This document shows positions 12,094 through 25,374 of a stretch of DNA of 64,000 bases, piece by piece; the first letter of the stretch is position 1; each line of letters begins with the position of its first letter. A program made the translations under genes and the position numbers. A model generated the notes under the pieces. It was not told where the DNA came from and did not search any database. It worked only from the letters and a program-made list of their open reading frames with translations. The stretch is from Basidiobolus meristosporus CBS 931.73 (taxonomy: Eukaryota > Fungi > Basidiobolomycota). Where the stretch lies: NCBI GenBank assembly GCA_002104905.1, contig MCFE01000486.1, positions 1 to 64,000 on the forward strand, read 5' to 3'.

Positions 12094-12543
12094 TTAGTCC
12101 CAGGCCTTCTTCCCTATTTGCTTCTTGATGGATTTCTCGGTCTGTTTGTCCATACGTTTCTCCACCTTCTCCACTGCCACGATGGCCTTCTCCAGGAGCT
12201 TTGCTTTACGCTTCTGTGCTTTGGTGGAGACTTGCTTCTTTTTCCCCTTTTTGACTCCACTATATGTTAATTGATCGGTCAGTGCTATATGACGGTGAGT
12301 GGATGATCCGTCGTGAGACATACCCTTGGTTTGAACGTTGTTGGAGTTGAGCTATTTGACGTTCGACGACTTCCTTGTTTGAAGTCCCTGGGTGAATATC
12401 GTATTAGTACTTTATGAAGACACCATGGTTTTGCTTCGATGTACATACCCTCAACATCGACTTGCATCTTCTCTACATTTTCCAAACGTGTTAATATTAA
12501 CTCACGTGCAGATTCTCTGGGCTTTACGTACTTGGTTTTCCCA
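12094..12543 (-). CDS. Small basic protein (about 88 aa, 4 predicted exons), possibly Alb1/Ecm1-like ribosome biogenesis factor
   Basis: Spliced product MGKPKKMQVDVEG...KQVSTKAQKRKAKLLEKAIVAVEKVEKRMDKQTEKSIKKQIGKKAWD; Lys-rich C-terminus ending in W. Confidence 0.5.
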
Positions 12544-12926
12544 TGGTGAAGTAATTGATACGCTGCAGAGGCCGGGTGGAATGCTGGTGTCGGTGATGGT
12601 AGTGGTGATGATTGCAGAAGGTAGTCTCGTGGCTGTGATTTTTTTTTCTTTGTGAAACCCCTTCGACATCACGTGACACCCATTGACAAACAGGTGTGGG
12701 ATGCACAGAATCAGGAAGACATAAAAATATCCTTTAATCAGATATTGTTCATGATTGATTAACTCAAAGGCGAATCAATCCTGTAGGGCGATGGGATTAG
12801 TCACACTGGTTTCATACATCGAAATTCCGGAATCGTATTAATAGAGGTTGAGGGGATGAAGGCATATAAGAGTGTTTGTGAGTGCTTCCCTAAGCTAAAT
12901 TACATCGAGGCACCACTGTTGACACC

Positions 12927-14200
12927 ATGGATTTGGAAAGCCTTCCATCGATTGCCTACACAGACAGAAATCAGGGCACTCCGTCGCCCGTTCTAACGAA
13001 CAGCTCCCGCTCCACTTCACCAATAGCCACACCAACTCCCTCCCGTCGCCTAAGTTTCTCTTCCAATCCCACCCAACTTCACACTTCAGGTACGCTGCTC
13101 AGCTCCAGCGCGCTAGCAAGTTCACTGTTCAACTCGCTCACCATTAAATAGAACACAAATATCCGCGCGCTTCACCGAGAACACTTCGACGGTTTGGCTT
13201 CGTGGACCCACCCCAACGCATCCTCAAGCCAGAGCCAGTAAGCATCGAACGTCCAGTGTTCAAACTATCACCACAGCGACCAGCACCAGCTCAATCTGCC
13301 ACGAAGCCTAGACCTGAATGGAACAACCATTTCAATTCAGTCTACGGGGACAAACGGCAAGTCAAGTTGATGACCAATCATTCGCCATGCGCCTTCCCTA
13401 ATTAGCCCTTACCATTCTAGGACGAGCCCGAAAGGAGCTGGAACGCCAAATGCAAACAGTCTCGATTCCCCAACGGATGCAAAGTAAAGGACACCTAGGA
13501 TAGGCGCTCGATCGCCGAGTTACTGACCTTGCTTTGGTTTTGTAGAGGTTTTTTGAAGCGTCGGAACTCCACTGTCGTCGATGGAGATCCAGCTCTGGTG
13601 GAGGTACGGTTGACGTGTGGCATTAGTTTTGTTGTCAGCCACTAACGGATGAGCCATCATCTTATAGCAATTGCAACGGAAAGTGGCGAAACTTCGAGAT
13701 AGAGTGGACCTCGGTAAGGAATAGGGAGCTGTTGTTGAAGCAACATGGCATGGCTGACATTCGAGGGAATTTTAGAAATCGAGAAACGCGACACCATCGA
13801 GCGCAATCTGATGATCGAGTTGGCATCTCGAAGGCGTTTCGAGGCGGAATGTCGTAGCAAGGATGAGATCATTCGGGAGCTTCGTAAGTTCTTCTCTATC
13901 ACCCCGATATGGCTGTCCACCCACTCAGTCGATTCTCTAGGGATCATGCTTCGACACATATCACAGAATCACGAAAATCTCGTGGTGAACGCCGACCGTC
14001 GGGAGCGTGATTTTGCCAATAGACTACGGGCCGAGCGCGAGATTCGCGTTCACCTGGAGAGTCAGGTCAAGCAGTTGGGGTCAATGTTGGCGCCTGAAGT
14101 TATGCTTAGAATGCTAGAGGAGCAGATCGAGGTATTTTCGTCCCCCCCCCCCACAGCAGCCACAGGGTTAACCGATTCTTCGTGTAGGCAATGGACATGA
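12927..14200 (+). CDS. Hypothetical multi-exon protein with S/P-rich N-terminus and coiled-coil C-terminus
   Basis: Consecutive coding segments separated by GT-AG introns, e.g. QLQRKVAKLRDRVDL/EIEKRDTIERNLMIELASRRRFEAECRSKDEIIREL. Exon boundaries are approximate. Confidence 0.55.
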
Positions 14201-14575
14201 TTGAGGAAACCATAAAACCTGAGTCTCTGTAAAGATCTACGCCCCTCATTGTGGGACGAAAATACCATTGTGGCCACAATAGCACATTGGAATTGTACTA
14301 TATAACTGTGGATAATCAACCAATAAATCATGAAACAAGAAATTCGGGGCGGGCGCTGGAAGTAACGAGTGATCAGATTATTGTGGGGTATTCTCAACTA
14401 CCAGGATGCATGAAACGTCCAGGTTTCGATTGTGATTTCGAAGAGAACAATGATCATTCACCATTATCGCGATGGAACAATCTCTGACGGGCTTTGCCAC
14501 CTTGGCCTGACCCAAAGATATATAAGAGAACCGCGTTACCTGGTGCAAGGTTTATCCCAACATAGATTAAATAGA

Positions 14576-14982
14576 ATGATCTCCTTTCTGGAACACCCCT
14601 CTGACTCGTGGGATGAAGGATTTGAGTTTGACCAGGAAGAGTTCGTGGTGCCTGATTGCATACAGCAAAGCCAATCGTCTTTTCGTCACCAGCGAGAGTC
14701 CCTGCTCCAGGTTCACCGGCTCTATCAAGGTATGTTGCTGTACCCTCCCACCCACACCGCGCCAACCTTGCTAAGTGTTGTGCTCCCACAGAATTAAAGC
14801 TTATCTACGAGAGGAATTCCAAATCCAACGACAAGATAGACCAGTTGATCCGCGCCAGGCAGCTACTGGACTTCGTCGAGGGAGATGCCCTTGTCCCTGA
14901 CATCACCCAAGAGACTGAGTTCTGCAGCGCCACCATGACCACTCTGATCCGACAGATCCAAGAGCTTATCGCCCACTTCTAA
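14576..14982 (+). CDS. Hypothetical protein (about 114 aa, 2 exons)
   Basis: Reads MISFLEHPSDSWDEGFEFDQEEFVVPDCIQQSQ...LYQ|ELKLIYE...IQELIAHF across a GTATG..CAG intron. The true start may lie further upstream. Confidence 0.55.
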
Positions 14983-15049
14983 CTGTACATCAATATTCCA
15001 TCCCTGTTTATTTAAGTTAATCACCTTCTTAACCATGGAACATGTAAAT

Positions 15050-15185
15050 TTAGACACTGTACATCACACTACATATACTACACTACATACATTACACCAC
15101 CCATCACATTACACATTACACATTACACATCGCACCCAACACCCCGCCCATCACATTACATTACACACCCGCCACTATCACATCA
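15050..15185 (+). repeat. Degenerate (ACATT/CATTACA)n simple repeat
   Basis: Repeated cattacacattacacattacac runs in the intergenic region. Confidence 0.7.
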
Positions 15186-15322
15186 CATTTCGCACCCAAA
15201 TCTCAAAACATAACATAATTACTTAACCCTATTTGAACGGATTAAACCAATCCCAGTCCCCTAACCGGATTTTTTTCCACCTCACCAACGCTACTCACAC
15301 AGTTCGACTCCTTTCCATACGA

Positions 15323-16084
15323 ATGCCAGATCCCACCACCTTTCAGTACATCACCTCTGGCTGGGAAGACGGGGAGTTTACTAATAAAGAGATGGAGGAG
15401 TTGGACAGATGGACCTTGCAGGCTGCGGACAACATCTCCGTCAAGCTTGGCCAGTTCACGTTGTCCTTCGAGCAGGATCCCCACTCGCCGCACCTGGGCG
15501 GGTACGCGTGGGGCTCCTCCTTCATCCTTAGTTGCTACTTGGAGTGTCTGTTTCGTAGAGGCGGGAAGGGGAGCAACCGGAAAAAGTGTTTGAACGTGGC
15601 GGGGAAGAACTGCCTAGAGTTGGGGGCTGGGATCGGGGTGCCGGGGATAGTGCTGAGCAAGTTGGAGGCCAACGTTATCATGACCGATATCCCGGAGCTG
15701 GTTCCTCGGCTGGAGCGAAACGTCGCCCTGAACCAGGCCAACGTCACCACCATGCCCTTGGTCTGGGGTAGGGGGTACCAGAAGGAGATCGACCGGATCA
15801 AGCAGGAGTTCCCCTTAGATTTCATTTTCGCCGCAGATTGCATCTACTCCGAGGCGAGTGCCACGGACCTGGTTTACACCATGAACGAGCTGTGCGACGA
15901 GCACAAGAAAACCACCATCTACTGCATGTCGGAGGTCAGAAACCAGGCGGCTCAGGACGCGTTCGTCGCCAACGCGAAGGAGCTCTTGAACCTGGAGATA
16001 TTGCCGACCACTGCCTGGCATCCGTACGTGCCGGAGCAGATGCGGCTGGATTTCGTCCGTTTCTATAGACTCACTAAACATTGA
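15323..16084 (+). CDS. Seven-beta-strand protein methyltransferase, METTL21/Methyltransf_16 family
   Basis: GGYAWGSSFIL, CLELGAGIGVPG, VIMTD, LVWG and DFIFAADCIY motifs. Confidence 0.9.
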   Translation: MPDPTTFQYITSGWEDGEFTNKEMEELDRWTLQAADNISVKLGQFTLSFEQDPHSPHLGGYAWGSSFILSCYLECLFRRGGKGSNRKKCLNVAGKNCLELGAGIGVPGIVLSKLEANVIMTDIPELVPRLERNVALNQANVTTMPLVWGRGYQKEIDRIKQEFPLDFIFAADCIYSEASATDLVYTMNELCDEHKKTTIYCMSEVRNQAAQDAFVANAKELLNLEILPTTAWHPYVPEQMRLDFVRFYRLTKH

Positions 16085-16295
16085 GTGGTCCGGGCTGCGA
16101 CCACAACATAGACCTGTCTGCTGTATATCAACTTCAATAAACTTCAATCCCCCCGCCTCCTCCAAGCCTGTTGTGGAACATCGTTTATGTGTCTGTGTGG
16201 GTGGGTGAATGAGTGGGTGTGCGTGTGGGGTCCGGTGTGATGGTGGTGCTACATCCGCAACATGTATATGCGCTCTGGACAAGGCTAGGCTACCA

Positions 16296-17869
16296 CTACA
16301 GAAAGTTCACCCATCCGCTGAGATATCCGACCGCCTGCTTCCCCTTCTCGGTCATCGCACTTTTACTCCAATGCTCGATATCTAGCGTCTGACTCGGCGT
16401 GGGCGGTAGCACCACCTCAACCAGATCCCAGGTTTCGTTGGTATCTTCGTCCTCCTCGCTGGATGCTTCCTCAGCGAAGTTGAGCTGTAGCGCTTCATGC
16501 ACGCTCAGCGCATTTTCGGGGTTTCGTTTGGACTTGATGATTTGGTACACTTTGCTGACGTTAAATACAGGGACCTTTCGCGGATTGTTGTTAGTCCTAA
16601 GATGCGTGGGTTAGCTCGTCGGGCTGTCTGTTGAAGGAGTGCTCAAGGTGACTTACCGGCCTAGGTTATTGGACTTGCAGCACATGAGCAGGTTGCGCAA
16701 GATGTGGTGTATCTGATTGGGGGGAATCTCTAGCCCTTGGGAATAGCAGAGGCACAAAACGTTGTAACTAAGCATGGCCATCCCTGCTGTGAACAAGTCG
16801 TTATTGTCGTCTGTGTAGTAGAGTGGCATGGTTCCGCTGTACAGAGCCTTGGTCAGTATTGATTTGCAAGGGCCACCTCACTGATCATGATCATACCTTT
16901 CGGATGAGTTCTCCAACGCCACCCGGATATACGGAAGCGAGTCATTAAAAAGCACTTGAAGCGGCAGTTTGACGTTGAGATAGTATGCCATCAGACCGGC
17001 CATGTGAACAATGTGACCTACTCCGGCGTTCAGCTGGTCTCTAGGGCATTCTTTGATTCAAATGGCCGTTAGATTCGTTTGGATGTGAAGAGGTGCGGGG
17101 CTACTTACCAGGCCAGTTCCCGTTGCTTGGCAGGTAGATACCAGCGATAATATATCTGCATCGAAGATTGAATGGGTTCGAGTGCTGGTGATTTGGGTGG
17201 ACTGGATCATCACCTAACTGTCGTAGCTCGAATAAAGACAACAACTCCCACACTAAAACCCTCCTCGTATGGGCCAATATCTGCTGCGCGTGCTTCTTCT
17301 TCTCAAACAGTTTCGCCATGTAGGTCTCGTATCGAACCACCTCCTGCTCTCTGGAGGCTTTCAATCGAGCCTTCGCAGAAATCAAATTTTCCCGAAGCAG
17401 CTCGTTTCTAACCCTTAGTTGGTGCACCCGCATTTTCTCTGTACCAACCCCCAAAACACAATCCACGTTTAGTACCGAAGATATTGTGAGGTACGAAAGG
17501 CAAAATAGACGGGGATACCTAGGTCGATCAGTTTCTGTTTCGTCTCCAACTGCTCTTTGTATCGCAATAGGCTTCGCTCCAAGGTTTGTTTCTGGATGTG
17601 CTTCTTTTTCCCTTCCACCTGGGAAGATTTCATTGCGGTCTGGAACTTATCCAACACTTCACGGATACTGTTCGTGTAGCGGTTGGCCACCGCTTGATGT
17701 TTCCGTACTCTATGGTAGGTTTGGTTAGGAAAGAAGATAACTTCATCAGAACACTTTGACACCACAGTACATAAGCCCCGCCCAAAAATAGAAGAAAAAG
17801 AAACCTTTCTTGTATGCAAGAGGCGCAATAGAACCGCCGTTGAATGTTGCAGCATACTTTGCATTCCAT
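16296..17869 (-). CDS. ATG14: Autophagy class III PI3K complex subunit Atg14/Vps38-like (multi-exon)
   Basis: N-terminal CKVC..RRFYCASC, long coiled coil, RRVLVWELLSLF, GHIVHM..LMAYYLNVKLP and F..GMAMLSYNV..LC motifs. Confidence 0.8.
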
Positions 17870-18488
17870 CTCTGTTTTGGAACCGTACTCAAGTTGTGTA
17901 GGCTAAGGGTCAGGGTTGATGGGGCTTTGAAAGGTTGCTTTACAGTATCTCGTTGAATAGAAAGTCTCCTCTAGAGCAGGTTTATACACGAGTTCTCTTT
18001 ATTACGCAGAGAGATCAATCCTCAGTATCACTGAAAGTCGCAGTGGTGAGCGCCTCACGTGACTAGGGCAGAACCAAATCGGTAGAATTTGTGACGTCCA
18101 TTATCCACTTCAGTGATTCATCCAGAGGCGAAAGCATGCGCCCCGGAAAGAAACGCATGGAAACATGTGCTGTCACATGCATGGGTCATCCATAACACAT
18201 ACGAAACACGGTGGGTGGGTGAGAACACATGTATAAGAGCGGAGGTGCAGGTGATGCCTTGTGACAAGCGGCAACGCAAGCGAAAGCCAATCTCAATCCA
18301 CATGAAGGAAAATTGATCCCCAGCGTTCATGATCCATACTAATTCATTTGTGGGGTTCATCCATGGTAAGCGATGGAAATTCATTTCATCAGCCAGCCAA
18401 ATGCGATCTCCTAAACGAAAAGTTGAGTAAACCTTGCAAATACACTGGCAGAGTTCGATTTGACCCAGTCGTTCCCCATTTCGTAAAC

Positions 18489-20892
18489 ATGTCAGCGGCA
18501 GTTGTCCATCAGCTACGCTACCTAAGGAAGCTCCCTTTACTACCCAGTAAAGCGAACTGTTTGGTCCCCCTGAAGGAGACTCTGCGTAGACCTGGTGCTT
18601 ATTATGCGCTATCTAGGTTCGCCACTTCCGCTGAGAAGCTCCCCCCAAACAACGAAACCGTCCAACAACGACTCTCGAAAACGCTTGGCGATATCAACCA
18701 ATTGCAACTAAAACTAGAGGAACAGAGCTCGAGCTGGATCAAAAGAACCGCCACCGCAATTCCAGAGTTAGACGCCATTTTCCGGGTCGCCGGTATGTAT
18801 GTCGCGGAGCAATTGACGCATACCAACCGCTTTCATGACCCGCTCTATCTTTTCACGTTTACTAAAGCGATTTCCACGCTCATCACGAAACCTCAGTGAT
18901 CGGCGAGGCTAGGACTGGCGGAGAATCTTTAATTAACGCCCTCCTGGACAACCCATTTGGGGAGAAGGAGGCATCAGATGCTATCGCACTCCGTACCACT
19001 GCCCTGAAGACCGGAAAGGTCCATCGTATCTGGTATTTGTGCGCTTTTAGAATTCAACGTGGCATCCCCTATTGACGAGGATTTCCATGGTTTTTAGCTT
19101 CGGACAGACGCCTACAACGGTGGATGTTGGTGATTGTGTCAACGTCAATGTCCCTACCGACTGGCTAAGAGCTCAGCATACAGAGCTGTACGAATTACCA
19201 GGTTAGGGCCGGGGGACATCTCGCATAGCATCGACATCCTTCGGTTACTCAACTTTCTTTTCTTCTCTAGCACTTGGAAGGGTGGATGAATCAGTGGTAG
19301 ATGATGTCATCCAGCGAAGTGATCTGGTGCTATTCATGACCGATACAGTCCGCAGATTCGAAGGGGCCGCGGAGCAGCGGTTCTTCAGAAAAGTGTTCAA
19401 CAAAAAGAACGTCCTCTTCCTGATCAACGAGGTGGAGGCTGTCGGCAACGAAGCCAACCGAGCTGAATCCATCATCGAAGAAATCCAAGCCGAGATGAAG
19501 ACGGTGGTGTCGGACTCGGCAGAGGATGGGCAGTTGCCCCAAATCTTCTATTTGTCTACCCGCGATGCGCTTGCTGCACAAGAGGCCATGAAGGCCACCG
19601 AGGTGAACGAGTATCAGAAACTGTGGATCCGCTCTGGGATCCAGCAGGTGAAGGACATTGTGTGCAAGACATTGACACCCCAGCAGATCCAGAGTATGAA
19701 ATACGAATCCATGGGATTCGTGGGGCTAAAAGCGCTCGAGCGTCTGACCAGGCAACAGAAGCGGATCCTGACAACCCTCGAAAGAACCGGCCTCGAGATC
19801 GGCAAGCTGTCGGAACGTGTTCAGGCCGGCAGGAAAAACATGGCCGACCACTTCGTGCACAAGGAGATTCTAATTGTCGATCGCAACATCATGGATGTCA
19901 AGAGCCGCATCCAGAATTACTTCAGCAGAGTCAAGTTCTATCAGGCATTCTTCAAATTCGGCTCAGTGGATATCGATCTGAGAAACGCGTATGGAGGCGG
20001 GATTCTTGAGGAGGCGGAACACAGGGTTTGTCACTCATTTCTGGCTTGATGGTGATTGCTACTAAATCCACCACCGTAGATGACTTACGCCACCGGTCGC
20101 TTCAACGAGGCCCTTGAGAGCGTTCGACTTGACCTGACTAGAGGACTTGACCAGCTCGCCACTGAACTGCCACATCAAGAAAACATGATCGGCCGAGAGC
20201 TCAAGGCCGATCTGGAGGGCTTGCAGTCGAAGCTGGAGAATGTTGATTTCATCAAAGAGTCGGACCCGTTCGTGCTCAGCAACATCGTATGGAGGCAGCG
20301 GCACAGCTTCGACATTGAGTCGCAATGTCAAGAGATTCACCAGAAAGCCAGCAATCTGGTTGCTCAATCAGCAGGGCTTCAGGTAGGTGCTGGCCATTCC
20401 CGCGGCCATGCTAAAACACTAACAACTTGACTACAGATCACCGCCCTGGGTATAGGCCTCTCGATGTACAGCCTCCACCTGCCTCTGACATTCACTCTGC
20501 CCAGCTACCTCGTGGCAGCAGCTACCGGTTCGTAGTTTCATCCCATCGATGGCGGTTCAATTTGTTGATGTATTTCGCTCACTCCCATGAATAATCCAGG
20601 CTTTGGTTACATGAATCTCCGTTGGGAGTATTTCGAAAAGAAGCTGCTCAAGACCCTCACGAAATTCGAGGAGAAGTTGAAGTCCGACCTGATCACAGTC
20701 TACGAGAGAGAGCTTGATGAGAAGCTATCCCAGCCCTCACTCAACGCACTTGAGGAAGCGCGCCACGCCATCGATAGAGGCACCCACAGAGTCCAAGAGA
20801 ACGAGGATGACATCAGGCAGACTCAAGAAGAACTGGCAGGGATTTTCAGCAGCATCAGTGCGCACCCACAAGACACCCCAACCAATAACTAA
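18489..20892 (+). CDS. Mitochondrial Mmc1-like degenerate dynamin/mitofusin-type protein (multi-exon)
   Basis: MTS-like start, degenerate P-loop region (GGESLINALL), DLVLFMTD, VLFLINE, IFYLSTRDALAA, and a C-terminal hydrophobic hairpin followed by a helical tail. Confidence 0.6.
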
Positions 20893-20961
20893 GTTGACGT
20901 CTCATTAAAAGCACATTTTGCGTTTGGTTCAACTGATTTTGTCCATATTGCATCCTACATA

Positions 20962-21041
20962 CCCCTTCCCGCCATGAAATAAATAGTGCATCAAGCTACT
21001 TGCCCCGTCCCACCACGAAATAAATAGTGAACCAAGCTACT
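20962..21041 (+). repeat. About 41-bp tandem duplication, each copy containing AATAAA, between convergent genes
   Basis: gaaataaatagtg(c/a)a(t/c)caagctact occurs twice. Confidence 0.7.
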
Positions 21042-21091
21042 TTATTAGAGTACATTTCTATATTGCTGATGGAATTCGATGCTGCATGAGG

Positions 21092-22683
<1,592 letters not shown>

Positions 22684-22989
22684 TCACGTCTGAAGAAGAA
22701 CCTTCGCTCTCCCAAAAGCCCCGGCCGCCACGGTCATAACCGTTTTTTTTCTGGGCGTCTGCTGGTGCTCAGATCATCTGGAAATGGAGAAAATCAAGAG
22801 GGAGGGATGATGAAAAATTCGTACGATCATGTGGACCCAATTAGGCTAGTGGGGCGGCTAGTTGGATGGAAATAATGGCCATCGTTGGCTCGTTCGGTAA
22901 GACTTGGGAAAATCGACCGAAATTAGCTCACCCCTTGTTGAGTGAGGGTGAGAATCCTGCCCATAGTGTTGTCACAAATGAGTAATTGA

Positions 22990-24716
22990 ATGCAATTTAT
23001 AGATCGGATGGAATTTCTTACCAAGAATACTTCTTGTATCATGACGGAGCAAAGCGACGCCGAGCCGGCCAACTCCCCCCTCACCAAAGAGATACTGGTC
23101 TACGTGTTTCAGTGGCTCCAGGACGACTTGGAAAGCCTTGCAAAGTGCTGCCTGATCTCCAAAAAATGGTGTCACGTTGCCAAGCCTCTGCTATGGCGCT
23201 CCCCCGTCTTCTATAAGTGTAAACAGTTTGAGAGATTCCGCAAGATCGTTGCTGGAACCCCGGGAGGTACATGCCACTTGTTCCTGAGCATACTTCTGCG
23301 CACGCGATTTAACCAGTTTATTTTCAAGTGGCAAAGCTGGTCCTGGAGCTGGACTGTGATGGGTACCGTCGAGAGATTATGGCCTATCTTCAAAAGCTCC
23401 TGAAGTTTCTACCCAACCTGGAGCAGGTGGTGTTCCCCTGTTTCGCCTCTCTTTCCCAACACTCCCTTGTACCGGTAGACTCCGGCTCCTTGAGCAAACT
23501 TCAGAAGATACACTACATAGAGGTGCTCCCTTCCGAGGAGGGGATCCCTTTCCTGACCACGCTGTTTGGCGAGTGCACCAAGCTGAAAGAACTGAGCCTG
23601 AAACTCTACGGCTTCTCCGGGATCTCTTTACCCATCTCTTTCCCCACCTCTCACTCGATCACCTTCATCGAACTCATCGGCGACGAATTCGAGGAAACCC
23701 TGATCAAGTCACTACTACAACGACTACCCAACCTGAACCGGTTCGAGCTGTGCGCAGATGACGTGCCTCGGAACCTGATCTCTTCCCTGGCTTCGCATTG
23801 CCCGAAGATCAACCAGCTCAAATTCGAGTTCACCGGTACTTACATGGACGTCACCGTCCACAACCTACTCAGACAAATGATCAAGAAGTTCGGGGGGAGG
23901 TTGAAGAAGGTGGGAATACTGTTCAGTCGGGAGGCTCGGGTATCCATACCGGAGGACCTGATCAACAAACTGTGGAGGTCCTTGGTGAAGCTGGAGAGCT
24001 TCTCTCTCTCCTACTTCATGATCACCGACATGCTCAACAAGCTGGCCAAGTGCGAGAAGAAGAGTTTGAAAGAGCTGGAGCTGGCCTACGTGTCGAACGA
24101 GGCCGCCTCTTTAAATACCTGGGAGAACTTCTTCAAAGCTTGCGGCGGCAATCTGACCAAGCTGTCCATCTCCTTCAGTAAACTGCCAGTGGACATTGGG
24201 GAGGTGATCGCGAGACATTGCCCGAACTTACGTGAGGTCTCATTGTACTTCACGAACATCTCCGATGCCAGCGTCATCCCCATCGTTCAAAGATGCCACA
24301 GCCTGCGCAAGCTTGACTTGAATACGACGGACATCACGGCCAAGTCGGTGGAGTCGATCAGCGAGCATTGCACCCAGCTGGAGTTCCTCATGCTCGACAA
24401 AGCAGACAACAACTCGTGCCCGTCAGAGGTGGAGCCGCTGTTCTCATACCTGCGCAAGTACGGTCATCGCATCCAGAGAGTCGGTCTCGCGGGCTGGACG
24501 ATGACGGACGAGCTTCTGCGGCTGATAGCCGAGACTACGCCATACCTGAAGGAGCTGCGAATAACCAATGGGGAATACGTATCTGATGCAGCCCTAGAGT
24601 ATCTCATAAACAAATGCGCCCGTCTCAAGCGGTTGCATGTTATCGGGAATTCCGATGGTGTGGGGATCTCCAAGGAGCTGCTCAAAAAGAGTGACCTTAT
24701 CTATTCTTGTAATTAA
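22990..24716 (+). CDS. F-box / leucine-rich-repeat protein (one intron near 23.3 kb; start may be 23041)
   Basis: F-box LTKEILVYVFQWL...LAKCCLISKKWCHVAKPLLW, followed by LRR units (CPNLREVSL, CHSLRKLDL, CTQLEFLML, CARLKRLHV). Confidence 0.85.
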
Positions 24717-25374
24717 ATGGCCTCTCCTCAGGCTACCGAATCTCATTAAATTTCCAATTGAGTTTATTTTCCATGTGAGAGGGTGGGATGCGCTCCTTGC
24801 CACTGGACGGCCAAGGAATAGGAAAGAGTGGGAGATGGCACACGACGACAAGGGGGAGTTCACCGAGAATCCAGCAGGATCATCGCGCGCAAAGGAAAGG
24901 TGTTTAGGAAGCGTACCGGGGAGCTTGTTCCAGCAACGGTGGCGATTTCCGGGGCAGACACTACATCCAGCAATGGCTCAGCTATCTTGCAGCATTCTAC
25001 GCGCTGGATCAATCGTGGTGGCTTTGGGAAATCCATCTCGCGCAAGGGAGAGTGAGGATGCAGTTGCAGAGGCCTCAGTGTTTATATAGTCAGTGATCCA
25101 TGTCTCTGACCCTAATCCAATTTAAGCACTGAGGGCCATCCTTTCATTACACTTGCTTCTATGCTCTCCCCTATCTTCAATAGTCAATGTGACACAGTGA
25201 GTAAGAGTCAAGCCAACGGGGTTGCAGGAGATCGCATTGCCATATATGGGCAATTGTCAGTCTCACTCCATGTGCACGTGATCTCCATTGGGATGTTTAT
25301 TGTTGAGGAGGGAAGGTATCTACAGAGGGATGTTCCAATCAATCTAGGAAAATTTGAAGGTCACAGAGGAAGGG

